In this document: positions 18,500 through 28,392 of the stretch, piece by piece
Position numbering within the stretch: position 1 is the stretch's first letter
Layout of the letters: each line of letters starts with the position of its first letter
Assembly: GCA_958296135.2 (NCBI GenBank)
Contig: CATQHZ020000001.1
Span: 3,680,001 to 3,744,000 of the forward strand
DNA: 64,000 nt
Source of the DNA: an uncultured Poribacteria bacterium
GTDB taxonomy: Bacteria > Poribacteria > WGA-4E > WGA-3G
Direction: 5' to 3'
Notes under the pieces: model-generated
Told to the model about the DNA's origin: nothing
What the model saw: only the letters and a program-made list of their open reading frames with translations
Database searches by the model: none
Translations under genes and position numbers: made by a program

Positions 18500-19513
18500 A
18501 TGACAAAACTGCTAGAAGTGCGAGACCTCCGAAAATATTTCCCAATACAGAAAGGACTCCTGCAACGCACCGTCGGCTATGTCAAGGCGGTAGACGGCAT
18601 TAATTTTGACGTGCATCGCGGCGAAACCCTCGGGCTTGTGGGCGAAAGTGGATGCGGCAAGACGACAGCAGGACGGTGCCTCCTCCGCTTAATTCCGACG
18701 ACAAGCGGCAGCTTCACCTTCGGGGAAGAGCAGGTAGATCTGGCGACGTTAACGCATCGGGAAATGCAACCCTACCGCCGACGCATCCAGATGATTTTTC
18801 AGGACCCGCACGCTTCCCTCAACCCACGGATGACGGTGGCAGACATTGTCGGGGAACCGCTGCGTGTCAATCGTGGGGCGGTAGCAGCAAACTCGCGAGC
18901 GCAAATCCAAGAACGCATCGCCGAATTGCTAGAATCTGTCGGCTTGAAATCGCAAGATATGCGCCGATACCCGCACGCCTTCAGCGGGGGGCAGCGGCAG
19001 CGCATCGGCATTGCGCGCGCGTTGGCACTGAACCCCGAACTGATTGTCGCCGATGAGCCGGTCTCCGCACTCGATGTCTCCGTGCAGGCGCAGATTCTGA
19101 ACTTATTGGCGGAACTGCGTGAGAAGTTCCAGCTCTCCTATATTTTCATCGCGCACGACTTGAGCGTTGTTGAACACATTAGCGATAGAGTCGCCGTGAT
19201 GTATCTCGGCAAGATTGTGGAGATAAGCGACGCGGAGACGCTGTATAGTGCGCCACAGCATCCTTACACGGAGGCGTTAATCGCCGCCGTGCCGCTCCCC
19301 GACCCGAGCGCGCAACGCAAACGCGAACAAATCCGATTGGAGGGTGACGTGCCAGACCCTTCGCAACCGCCGACCGGGTGTCATTTTCACCCACGGTGCC
19401 GTTACGCAACCGAGCAGTGCAAGCAAGAAACGCCGCAACTCCGAGAAGTCGCACCCGGCGTGCAGGTAGCATGCCATCACAGCGAGACGTTGGAGTTACG
19501 AGGAGTCTCATGA
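18500..19513 (+). CDS. Peptide/nickel ABC transporter ATPase (OppF/DppF-like)
   Basis: Motifs [20 protein letters not shown] and [10 protein letters not shown]. Confidence 0.93.
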   Translation: MTKLLEVRDLRKYFPIQKGLLQRTVGYVKAVDGINFDVHRGETLGLVGESGCGKTTAGRCLLRLIPTTSGSFTFGEEQVDLATLTHREMQPYRRRIQMIFQDPHASLNPRMTVADIVGEPLRVNRGAVAANSRAQIQERIAELLESVGLKSQDMRRYPHAFSGGQRQRIGIARALALNPELIVADEPVSALDVSVQAQILNLLAELREKFQLSYIFIAHDLSVVEHISDRVAVMYLGKIVEISDAETLYSAPQHPYTEALIAAVPLPDPSAQRKREQIRLEGDVPDPSQPPTGCHFHPRCRYATEQCKQETPQLREVAPGVQVACHHSETLELRGVS

Positions 19514-21111
19514 AAAATCTTGAAAATGTCCTCTTTTATGGCGATTGTCTGGACAACCTCCGAAAATATATTGCAGACGAGACGGTAGACGGCTGCTACC
19601 TCGATCCGCCGTTCAACTCCGATGCAAACTATAACCGGCCTTTTCAGCGCAAGGAGCAGGGGAAACAGCAGAAACCGCCGGCGATGGCGTTCCACGATAT
19701 GTGGCATTGGGACGAAGCAGCGCAGCGCGCTTACGAACGCCTGCTCGCCGCGCCGCGTGCCGAGATTGCAAACATGGCGCGCGGCTTGTATCTCATCCTC
19801 GGTGAGAAACCGATGACAGCCTACTGCTTCTACATGGCAGAACGGCTCATCGAAATCTATCGCGTGCTGAAACCTACAGGGAGCCTCTATCTCCACTGCG
19901 ATGCGACAGCGAGCCACTATCTGAAAGTCATCCTGGACGCAATTTTCGGGGAAGGAAATTTCCGAAACGAGATTATTTGGCACTACTACAATAAATTTGG
20001 TGCCGGTAAAAACGTCTTCGGCCGCAACTATGACCAGGTTTTGTTTTACTCAAAGACGGATAAATACCAATTCAACCCGCTTCGAGTCAAGCGTGAGAAG
20101 CCGGTGCGGCAATTGGTGCGTGAAAACGTCAACGGTGTCTTGAAAAACAAGCGTGACGCGGAAGGAAATCTGATGTATCGCGTTGTTAATGACAAAAAAT
20201 TGGATGCCGTTTGGACGATTCCGTGCCTGCAACCCGCTTCACGCGAGCGGCTCGGCTACCCGACACAAAAGCCGTTAGCACTGTTGGAAAACATCGTCAA
20301 AGCGTGTTCCAATGAAGGGGATTTAATTCTGGATCCGTTTTGTGGGTGCGGCACGACGCTCCACGCCGCACACAAACTCAACCGTCACTGGCTCGGCATG
20401 GACATCAGTTATGGCGCGATTAACGTCGTCAAAGAACGGCTACAAGACGCTTTCTCGGACAATGCCCTCCGCTTTGCCATTTACAACGCGCCTGATTCTT
20501 ATGAGCAGGCAGTCGCCTTAGCACAACAGGAGGCAGCCGAGGTCCAACTGGTTCAGGCAAAGAACCGGCAAGGCCGCAGCAAGCATCAGGCGCGGTATGA
20601 TTTCCAGAACTTCATCCTCGGTCAGATTCGGGATGCACAGGGCCGCCTGCTGTTGCAACCCAGTCAGAGTCTCAGTCGCGATGGCGGCATCGATGGCTGG
20701 GGCACGCTTTATCTCGGCGTTGACGAAAAGGGGCAGGACAAAGAGGGGCTCATCCTTGTCCAAGTGAAAACCAGCAAACGCATTGGGCGGCGCGAGATAG
20801 ACGAATTCTATGGCGTGCTGAAGGCAGAGGCGGCTTCGATGGGCATCTTCATCAGCCTCTATGGACACCGCCTGAACGGTTATGAAGAAGTGCTGAGTCC
20901 GGAGGCGAAGGCGCGCGTGGCTCTGCTTCAGGAACGCACGTTTGTGCATCCGTTAGATGGCCGTGCCTGGCCCGAATTCCAATTCTGGAGTGTGAGCGAT
21001 TTGATGGAAAATCGGCAGCCGCAACTCCCGAGTTCTGCCAGAAGCGACGTGCCAAAAGCCGTGCGCGAAGTCGAAGAAACACAACTCAAATTGGAAGTTG
21101 CGGAGGTTTAA
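19510..21111 (+). CDS. beta-class N6/N4 DNA methyltransferase fused to an Mrr-like endonuclease, copy 1
   Basis: Motifs [14 protein letters not shown] and DPFCGCGTT; C-terminal DGGIDG...VQVK. The ATG overlaps the upstream TGA. Confidence 0.88.
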   Translation: MKNLENVLFYGDCLDNLRKYIADETVDGCYLDPPFNSDANYNRPFQRKEQGKQQKPPAMAFHDMWHWDEAAQRAYERLLAAPRAEIANMARGLYLILGEKPMTAYCFYMAERLIEIYRVLKPTGSLYLHCDATASHYLKVILDAIFGEGNFRNEIIWHYYNKFGAGKNVFGRNYDQVLFYSKTDKYQFNPLRVKREKPVRQLVRENVNGVLKNKRDAEGNLMYRVVNDKKLDAVWTIPCLQPASRERLGYPTQKPLALLENIVKACSNEGDLILDPFCGCGTTLHAAHKLNRHWLGMDISYGAINVVKERLQDAFSDNALRFAIYNAPDSYEQAVALAQQEAAEVQLVQAKNRQGRSKHQARYDFQNFILGQIRDAQGRLLLQPSQSLSRDGGIDGWGTLYLGVDEKGQDKEGLILVQVKTSKRIGRREIDEFYGVLKAEAASMGIFISLYGHRLNGYEEVLSPEAKARVALLQERTFVHPLDGRAWPEFQFWSVSDLMENRQPQLPSSARSDVPKAVREVEETQLKLEVAEV

Positions 21112-21114
21112 GTG

Positions 21115-22773
21115 ATGACAAACGCCCTCTTTTACGGTGATTGTCTGGACAATCTCCGAAAATATATTGCAGACGAGACGGTGGATGGCTGCTACCTCGA
21201 CCCGCCGTTTAATTCCAATGCAAACTATAACCGGCCTTTTCAGCGCAAGGAGCAGGGGAAACAGAAGAAACCGCCGGCGATGGCGTTCCACGATATGTGG
21301 CATTGGGACGAAGCAGCGCAGCGCGCTTATGAACGCCTGCTCGCCGCGCCGCGTGCCGAGATTGCAAACATGGCGCGCGGCTTGTATCTCATACTCGGTG
21401 AGAAGCCAATGACAGCCTACTGCTTCTACATGGCAGAACGGCTCATCGAAATCCATCGCGTGCTGAAACCTACAGGGAGCCTCTATCTCCACTGCGATGC
21501 GACAGCGAGCCACTATCTGAAAGTCATCCTGGACGCAATTTTCGGGGAAGAAAACTTTCGGAATGAAATCGTCTGGTATTATGACAACCGGCTCTCTCGA
21601 AAAGCCGCGCAGTTTTCGCGATTGCACGACACACTTCTCCTCTACGGCAAAACAAGAGCGGCGAAGCACGCGCTGATTTATGACGAAAATTGGACTCCCT
21701 CGCCGACGCAGGAACGTCGATTAGCACGAGGTTACGAATTTCGCAAAGGGGCCCTGATTATCTACGACGAGGCGAAATTCGCGCAGAGCGGCATTGATGA
21801 AAGCCAGTATCCCCGCGTTTATCGCTCAAAAGCGGGCCAACCGCCGCTGGGAGATGTCTGGTCCATCCCGATTTTGAACCCGATGGCGAAGGAGCGGCTG
21901 GGTTATCCAACGCAGAAACCGCTCGCCTTGTTGGAACGGGTTATCAAAGCTTCGTCTCAGGAAGACGATGTGATTCTGGACCCGTTCTGTGGCTGTGGCA
22001 CAACGCTCCACGCCGCACACAAACTCAACCGACGCTGGCTCGGCATGGACATCAGTTACGGGGCCATCAATGTCGTCAAGGAACGCTTGCAGGATGCCTT
22101 CGCCGATGAAGAGCTTCGGCTCGGAAACGGGTTCTCCCTCTATAACACGCCTACCTCTTATGAGGAAGCGGTCCAACTGGCGGAACTTGAGGCGCAGGAT
22201 ATTCAGGGAGTTGCGGAGAAGAACAAGCAGAGCCGGCGCAGCAAGCATCAAGCACGGTATGACTTCCAGAATTTCATCCTCGGTCAGATTCGGGATGCAC
22301 AGGGCCGCCTGCTGTTGCAACCCAGTCAGAGTCTCAGTCGCGATGGCGGCATCGATGGCTGGGGCACGCTTTATCTCGGCGTTGACGAAAAAGGGCAGGA
22401 CAAAGAGGGGCTCATCCTTGTCCAAGTGAAAACCAGCAAACGCATTGGGCGGCGCGAGATAGACGAATTTCTCGGGGTGATGTCAGCGGAAGAAGCCACG
22501 ATGGGCATCTTCATCAGCCTGCACGGCCATCAGCGCGCAGGCTACACTGATGTGCTAACTCCCGAAGCGAAAGCGCGGGTAGCACAAGTTGGGCAGCGCA
22601 CGTTTGTGCATCCGTTAGATGGCCGTGCCTGGCCCGAATTCCAATTCTGGAGTGTGAGCGATTTGATGGAAAACCGGCAGCCGCAACTCCCGAGTTCCGC
22701 TAGAAGCGACGTGCCAAAAGCCGTGCGCGAAGTCGAAGAAACACAACTCAAATTGGAAGTTGCGGAGGTTTAA
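21115..22773 (+). CDS. beta-class N6/N4 DNA methyltransferase-Mrr-like fusion, copy 2
   Basis: Same motifs as copy 1 with a different central region. Confidence 0.88.
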   Translation: MTNALFYGDCLDNLRKYIADETVDGCYLDPPFNSNANYNRPFQRKEQGKQKKPPAMAFHDMWHWDEAAQRAYERLLAAPRAEIANMARGLYLILGEKPMTAYCFYMAERLIEIHRVLKPTGSLYLHCDATASHYLKVILDAIFGEENFRNEIVWYYDNRLSRKAAQFSRLHDTLLLYGKTRAAKHALIYDENWTPSPTQERRLARGYEFRKGALIIYDEAKFAQSGIDESQYPRVYRSKAGQPPLGDVWSIPILNPMAKERLGYPTQKPLALLERVIKASSQEDDVILDPFCGCGTTLHAAHKLNRRWLGMDISYGAINVVKERLQDAFADEELRLGNGFSLYNTPTSYEEAVQLAELEAQDIQGVAEKNKQSRRSKHQARYDFQNFILGQIRDAQGRLLLQPSQSLSRDGGIDGWGTLYLGVDEKGQDKEGLILVQVKTSKRIGRREIDEFLGVMSAEEATMGIFISLHGHQRAGYTDVLTPEAKARVAQVGQRTFVHPLDGRAWPEFQFWSVSDLMENRQPQLPSSARSDVPKAVREVEETQLKLEVAEV

Positions 22774-22776
22774 GTG

Positions 22777-24360
22777 ATGACAAACGCCCTCTTTTACGGT
22801 GATTGTCTGGACAATCTCCGAAAATATATTGCAGACGAGACGGTGGATGGCTGCTACCTCGACCCGCCGTTTAATTCCAATGCAAATTATAACCGGCCTT
22901 TTCAGCGCAAGGAGCAGGGGAAACAGAAAAAACCGCCGGCGATGGCGTTCCACGATATGTGGCATTGGGACGAAGCAGCGCAGCACGCTTATGAACGCCT
23001 GCTCGCCGCGCCGCGTGCCGAGATTGCAAACATGGCGCGCGGCTTGTATCTCATACTCGGTGAGAAGCCAATGACAGCTTATTGCTTCTACATGGCAGAA
23101 CGGCTCATCGAAATCCATCGCGTGCTGAAACCTACAGGGAGCCTCTATCTCCACTGCGATCCAACAGCGAGCCACTATCTCAAGGTAATCCTAGACGCGA
23201 TTTTCGGTGAGCAGAACTTCCGGAATGAAGTTATCTGGCGCATCGGATGGGTGAGTGGGTTTAAGACGCAGAAGCGAGGTTGGATCCGCAATCACGATAC
23301 GTTGCTTTACTATACGAAAACGCCTGCAGCACAGCAAGTGTTCAACAAGGAGTATTTGCCGTATCCGCCGGGTTATGTCCGACGAGACGGGGCGAAACCG
23401 AAGGGCAAGGGTATCCCGATAGAAGACACCTGGAATTGCCATTCAGGGGATAGACTGGACTCAATTATGATCAAAAGTTTCTCCACTGAAAAATTGGGGT
23501 ATCCCACCCAAAAACCGCTGGCCCTCCTTGAACGCATTATCAAAGCGTGTTCCAATGAAGGGGATGTGATTCTGGATCCGTTTTGTGGGTGCGGCACGAC
23601 GCTCCACGCCGCACATAAACTCAATCGACGTTGGCTCGGCATGGACATCAGTTACGGGGCCATCAACGTCGTCAAAGAACGGCTACAAGACGCTTTTTCG
23701 GACGAAGCACTCCGCCTCGGCAACGGGTTCACGATTTACGATGCGCCCGATTCCTACGAACAGGTGGTAGCCTTGGCACAACGAGAAGCTGAGGAAGTTC
23801 GGCAGGTGCAGGCGAAGAACCGGCAAGGCCGCAGCAAGCATCAAGCACGGTATGACTTCCAGAATTTCATCCTCGGTCAGATTCGGGATGCACAGGGCCG
23901 CCTGCTGTTGCAACCAAGTCAGAGTCTCAGTCGCGATGGCGGCATCGACGGCTGGGGCACGCTTTATCTCGGCGTTGACGAAAAGGGGCAGGACAAAGAG
24001 GGGCTCATCCTTGTCCAAGTGAAAACCAGCAAGCGTATCGGCCGGCGCGAGATAGACGAATTTCTCGGGGTGATGTCAGCGGAAGAAGCCACGATGGGCA
24101 TCTTCATCAGCCTGCACGGCCATCAGCGCGCAGGCTACACCGATGTGCTAACCCCCGAAGCGAAAGCGCGGGTAGCACAAGTTGGGCAGCGCACGTTTGT
24201 GCATCCGTTAGATGGCCGTGCCTGGCCCGAATTCCAATTCTGGAGCGTGAGCGATTTGATGGAAAATCGGCAGCCGCAACTCCCGAGTTCCGCTAGAAGC
24301 GACGTGCCAAAAGCCGTGCGCGAAGCCGAAGAAACACAACTCAAACTTGAGGTTACGTAG
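22777..24360 (+). CDS. beta-class N6/N4 DNA methyltransferase-Mrr-like fusion, copy 3
   Basis: Same motifs with a third distinct central region. The stop codon falls in a GTAG at the start of a REP cluster. Confidence 0.88.
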   Translation: MTNALFYGDCLDNLRKYIADETVDGCYLDPPFNSNANYNRPFQRKEQGKQKKPPAMAFHDMWHWDEAAQHAYERLLAAPRAEIANMARGLYLILGEKPMTAYCFYMAERLIEIHRVLKPTGSLYLHCDPTASHYLKVILDAIFGEQNFRNEVIWRIGWVSGFKTQKRGWIRNHDTLLYYTKTPAAQQVFNKEYLPYPPGYVRRDGAKPKGKGIPIEDTWNCHSGDRLDSIMIKSFSTEKLGYPTQKPLALLERIIKACSNEGDVILDPFCGCGTTLHAAHKLNRRWLGMDISYGAINVVKERLQDAFSDEALRLGNGFTIYDAPDSYEQVVALAQREAEEVRQVQAKNRQGRSKHQARYDFQNFILGQIRDAQGRLLLQPSQSLSRDGGIDGWGTLYLGVDEKGQDKEGLILVQVKTSKRIGRREIDEFLGVMSAEEATMGIFISLHGHQRAGYTDVLTPEAKARVAQVGQRTFVHPLDGRAWPEFQFWSVSDLMENRQPQLPSSARSDVPKAVREAEETQLKLEVT

Positions 24361-24415
24361 CGCGGCCTCCGTCCCAGCTAGCAGTGACGTAGCGCGGGGG
24401 CCTGTCCCCCGCGAT
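24357..24415 (+). repeat. REP family B (GTAGCGCGGGGGCCTGTCCCCCGCG)
   Basis: One degenerate and one full GTAG-palindrome copy. Confidence 0.7.
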
Positions 24416-24446
24416 AGGACAACAATCAAAAACCTAGAGGTGCATC

Positions 24447-25409
24447 ATGCGCAAAGTAACAGCAACCTATCAACCACCGCATGCGATGTCGCCGGAGGAA
24501 TTGGCAGCGTGCCGCCGGCACCTGGAACGTCAGTGGGAGACTCAACGCGTGGATGCGGCATTGCTCCAACGCGCCTGGGACACTGCCTATCAAGTGGCGG
24601 CGATGCTCTATCAAGACTTCGGCGCGACGCGCGTCGCTGTGTTCGGCTCCCTCGCAGAGCCAGAGTGGTTTACCTCCCAGTCGGACATTGACATTGTTGC
24701 CTGGGGCATTTCGCGGGACGCGTATTGGGATGCGTATGGCAAAGTGATATACTTCGAGCCGGCGTTCAAGATTGATTTCGTCACCTTTGAGGAGACGAAA
24801 GGCCTTTTTCGAGAGCGCGTGCAAAGTCAAGCCGTTTTCATTGAAAACCACGCCGGGGGGACACCGAAGCAGCCCGCTGCTGCCTATTGTCCCCCTATTT
24901 CGGCGGAGAGAGGAGGACGCTACGAAATGAACCGAAGCCGACTTATCCAACGAATCGCCGATGAACGCGTAAAAATAGAAGGAACGATTGCGCGAATTCA
25001 TCGAGGTTTGGTAAGAATTGAACTGACTGCTGCCGAGGACAGAGAATTTATTGAAGGGAATATCGCGACAAGCCTCGCCGAGGGCTACGAAGGGATGGAA
25101 AAAATCTTCAAACGCATCGCCCGTGAAGTGGACACGCATGTCCCAAGCGGTGCTGAGTGGCACAAAAGACTGCTCGCCCAAATGGCTGCACGCCGCGTGG
25201 CGCGTCCCCCTGTCCTCTCCCAGGAGACAACCGCACTATTAAGAGAACTCTTAGAGTTCCGCCACAAAGTCCGCAACATCTACGGCGACGAACTGATTTA
25301 CGCAATCACCGAAGCGCATGCAAAGCAAATCCCCCAACTCTTTGCACGCGTGTGCGCAGACCTGGATACTTTCGCCGATTCACTCGAAAAGGAGGAATCT
25401 TCAAAATGA
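24447..25409 (+). CDS. Fused minimal nucleotidyltransferase (MNT) and HEPN/HepT-like RNase
   Basis: FGSLA...SDIDIV marks the MNT domain; PSGAEWHKRLL...LEFRHKVRNIYG is HEPN-like. Confidence 0.82.
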   Translation: MRKVTATYQPPHAMSPEELAACRRHLERQWETQRVDAALLQRAWDTAYQVAAMLYQDFGATRVAVFGSLAEPEWFTSQSDIDIVAWGISRDAYWDAYGKVIYFEPAFKIDFVTFEETKGLFRERVQSQAVFIENHAGGTPKQPAAAYCPPISAERGGRYEMNRSRLIQRIADERVKIEGTIARIHRGLVRIELTAAEDREFIEGNIATSLAEGYEGMEKIFKRIAREVDTHVPSGAEWHKRLLAQMAARRVARPPVLSQETTALLRELLEFRHKVRNIYGDELIYAITEAHAKQIPQLFARVCADLDTFADSLEKEESSK

Positions 25410-27337
25410 AAACATGTCGACAGATTTTCACATTCACCTTACTCATCCTGCTCGTTGGATGCGCAGGAAACCAAATCGAAAATACATCTAACTTCCCGAA
25501 CGGACTGGAGGCGACAGAGGCACCCATGCTCGCAAAGCAGGTTGCCGATGGCACGCTGCCGCCCCTCGCCGAACGCTTGCCGGAAAACCCGCTCATCGCT
25601 AAAACCGATTTTGATGGCTACGAAAAACTCGGCATCTATGGCGGTACCTGGCACCGATTCCATACTCACCCCGAGCTCGGGACATGGAAGATGACAGCCG
25701 GCTACGCGCCACTCATCCGGTGGAAATTCGATGCCTCCGGCCTAGAACCCGGCCTCGCCGAATCATGGGAATTCAACGAAGATGGCAGCGTACTGACGCT
25801 GCATCTCCGGAAAGGTGTCCGCTGGTCGGACGGGCATCCGTATACCTCCGAATCGTTTGCTTTCTGGTATGCGCTCTGTCTTGACAAGCGGCACAAATAT
25901 AACCCCCCGGTCTGGTGCAAGGTGAACGGTATCCCGATGGAGGTGGAAACGCCCGATGACTACACAATCGTGATGAAATTCGCAGGACCGAATTGGCTCG
26001 TCCCGCTGTGGCTGGCGACTGGGTTTTGGTGGTGCAATCAATACAACATCCCGAAGCACTATATGATGCAGTTTCACCCCGAAGGCAATGCGGCGCATGA
26101 GGATTTTATCCAATTTGAGAAGGAGAATCTACCGCACCAAAACCCCGAACGTCCGACGCTGTGGCCGTGGCGCGTCAGAAAATATGAAAAGGGCGGATTT
26201 CGGGTGGAATTGGAACGCAATCCGTATTACTATGTAGTGGACACGGAGGGAAGGCAGCTGCCTTACATCGACACGGTGAAAACCAGCTTGGTGCCGGAAC
26301 CGCAGGTGCGCGTACTCAAAATCCTCGCTGGCGAAATTGATTGCCAATACCGCGGCATGGAATTGCGAGATCTGGCACTCTATCTGAAGGGACAAGAGAA
26401 GGGAGGCTACACCGTGCGGCGATGGAAAAGCACGGCAGGCGCGCAACCAGCCATCCTGATTAACTGGACCGCGCCAGACCCGGCGTTACGGCAACTCATC
26501 CGCAACCAGAAATTTCGGAAGGCACTCGCCTACGGCATTGATAGGGAGAAATGCAACGAAATCGCGTGGCGCGGGTTGCTCGAACCGCAAGCCGCCACGG
26601 TGAGCCAAGAGGGATGGCACTTTGCCGACGAAGACGGGCAAACGCTGTTTGAGGCATGGAAGCGCGCCGATGCCGATTTTGACATCGCAGCAGGGAACCA
26701 GCTCTTAGACGAAATGGGGTTAACGACGCGCGATAAGGACGGCTACCGGCTGCGCCCCGATGGCGAACGGATTGTGATGCTGATGGATGTCCCCAGTTCC
26801 AATCTGAACAGCCAACAGAACGACATCGGGTTGATTATTCAGGAAGGGTGGGAGGCACTCGGCTTAAAAACGATGCTCTACACACCACCGGGCGCAGAAC
26901 TGAGTCTGCGCCGCACCCTCGGCAAATTCACGATTAGCATGCACGGTGAGGCAGAGATGGATCTGTTTACCTATCCGGATTGGGTGTTTCCAACGCTGCC
27001 CAAGTATTGGCACCCGAAGGTGGGCAAATGGTATGAGACCGGCGGCGAACAAGGCGAACCTGCCACCGGGCCGCTCAAGAAGCTGCTCGATTTATACGAC
27101 GCAATCAAGCGGGAACCCGATGCAAAACAGCGGCACCAATACGTCCGAGATGCCGTGCAGATTCATATTGACGAGGGGCCGTTCCATCTCGGTTCAGCGG
27201 CGCGTTCGCCTTCGCTGCTCGTTGTTGCAAACCATTTTCACAACGTGCCAAATGATGGCATCCTGGGGCCCTGGGCTATCGTCACCCCCGCGACTAGCTA
27301 TCCCGAACAGTGCTGGATAGACAAAAACGGACGTTGA
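25406..27337 (+). CDS. ABC transporter substrate-binding lipoprotein (family 5)
   Basis: Lipobox LVGC, EAPMLA...LPPLAERLPENP and LRKGVRWSDGHP. ATG at 25406 follows AAGGAGG. Confidence 0.9.
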   Translation: MKTCRQIFTFTLLILLVGCAGNQIENTSNFPNGLEATEAPMLAKQVADGTLPPLAERLPENPLIAKTDFDGYEKLGIYGGTWHRFHTHPELGTWKMTAGYAPLIRWKFDASGLEPGLAESWEFNEDGSVLTLHLRKGVRWSDGHPYTSESFAFWYALCLDKRHKYNPPVWCKVNGIPMEVETPDDYTIVMKFAGPNWLVPLWLATGFWWCNQYNIPKHYMMQFHPEGNAAHEDFIQFEKENLPHQNPERPTLWPWRVRKYEKGGFRVELERNPYYYVVDTEGRQLPYIDTVKTSLVPEPQVRVLKILAGEIDCQYRGMELRDLALYLKGQEKGGYTVRRWKSTAGAQPAILINWTAPDPALRQLIRNQKFRKALAYGIDREKCNEIAWRGLLEPQAATVSQEGWHFADEDGQTLFEAWKRADADFDIAAGNQLLDEMGLTTRDKDGYRLRPDGERIVMLMDVPSSNLNSQQNDIGLIIQEGWEALGLKTMLYTPPGAELSLRRTLGKFTISMHGEAEMDLFTYPDWVFPTLPKYWHPKVGKWYETGGEQGEPATGPLKKLLDLYDAIKREPDAKQRHQYVRDAVQIHIDEGPFHLGSAARSPSLLVVANHFHNVPNDGILGPWAIVTPATSYPEQCWIDKNGR

Positions 27338-27405
27338 ACGACATCCGGATACGCGGTTTCCAACTGCGACTACCGGAAACTCTGTCCCAGAGAGGAGGCA
27401 AAACC

Positions 27406-28392
27406 ATAGGCACTTACATCCTTCGCCGCTGTCTGCTCGCATTGCCGACACTGCTGGCGATTTCTATCATCTCTTTTATTATCATACAACTCCCGCAAGG
27501 CGATTACCTCGATAGGGAAATTCAGCGGCTCGAGGAAGAATTCGGCGATAGCAGCTCCCTCGCGCAAGTCGAAGAACTGCGAGAACGCTACGGCTTGAAC
27601 GATCCGCTGTGGAAACGCTATTTCATCTGGATGGGCGGTTTCGTGCGCGGCGACTTCGGCGAATCCTTTGAGTATAAACGCGAGGTGCATGAACTGATAT
27701 GGGACAGACTCGCATTTACCCTGATTATTTCCATCGGCTCGCTGATTTTCACGTATGTCGTTGCCATTCCACTCGGTATTTATTCGGCGACACATCAGTA
27801 TAAATGGTCAGATAATTTTCTCACCTTCCTCAGTTTTGTAGGGATGTCACTGCCGGCGTTTCTGGTGGCGTTATCGCTGATGGTGTTCGCGTTTGACATT
27901 TTCGGCGTGCCGCTGTTCGGGCTTTTCTCGGCTTACTATGAAGGCGCGCCGTGGACCTGGGGCAAACTGGGAGATTTGTTCAAACACCTCTGGATTCCGG
28001 TGATTGTCGTCGGTGTCAACGGCACGGCGAGTTTAATGCGCATCATGCGCGGTAACTTGCTTGATGTGCTCGGGCAACCGTTCGTGCAGACGGCCCGCGC
28101 GAAGGGATTGAAAGAAGTTGTCGTTGTCGGGAAGCACGCCGTGCGCATCGCCATCAATCCGCTCATCAGCATTTTAGGGATGAGCCTGCCCGGCATCCTC
28201 TCCGGCTCCGCTATCGTATCCATCGTGCTCGGTTTGCCGACAGTCGGGCCGATTCTTTTAAGAAGCCTGCTCAATGAAGACATCTACCTCGCCGGCACGC
28301 TGTTGATGATGCTGAGTTTGCTTTTGGTTATCGGAAACTTGTTGGCAGACATCGCCCTAGCATGGGTAGACCCGAGGATTCGCTATGAATAA
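27406..28392 (+). CDS. ABC transporter permease (OppB-like), apparent ATA start
   Basis: Motifs YILRR, GDFGESF and FVQTARAKGL. AGGAGG at 27393-27398 lies 7 nt before ATA at 27406. Confidence 0.88.
   Translation: MGTYILRRCLLALPTLLAISIISFIIIQLPQGDYLDREIQRLEEEFGDSSSLAQVEELRERYGLNDPLWKRYFIWMGGFVRGDFGESFEYKREVHELIWDRLAFTLIISIGSLIFTYVVAIPLGIYSATHQYKWSDNFLTFLSFVGMSLPAFLVALSLMVFAFDIFGVPLFGLFSAYYEGAPWTWGKLGDLFKHLWIPVIVVGVNGTASLMRIMRGNLLDVLGQPFVQTARAKGLKEVVVVGKHAVRIAINPLISILGMSLPGILSGSAIVSIVLGLPTVGPILLRSLLNEDIYLAGTLLMMLSLLLVIGNLLADIALAWVDPRIRYE

Noticed and set aside
19510-24360. Diversity-generating retroelement or invertible shufflon
   Set aside because: There is no reverse transcriptase and the variation is whole-segment rather than adenine-specific. 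All copies are in direct orientation with no adjacent invertase.
19510-24360. Simple assembly duplication
   Set aside because: Each copy has a unique TRD and private SNPs in the shared blocks. A strain-chimeric assembly cannot be fully excluded without reads.
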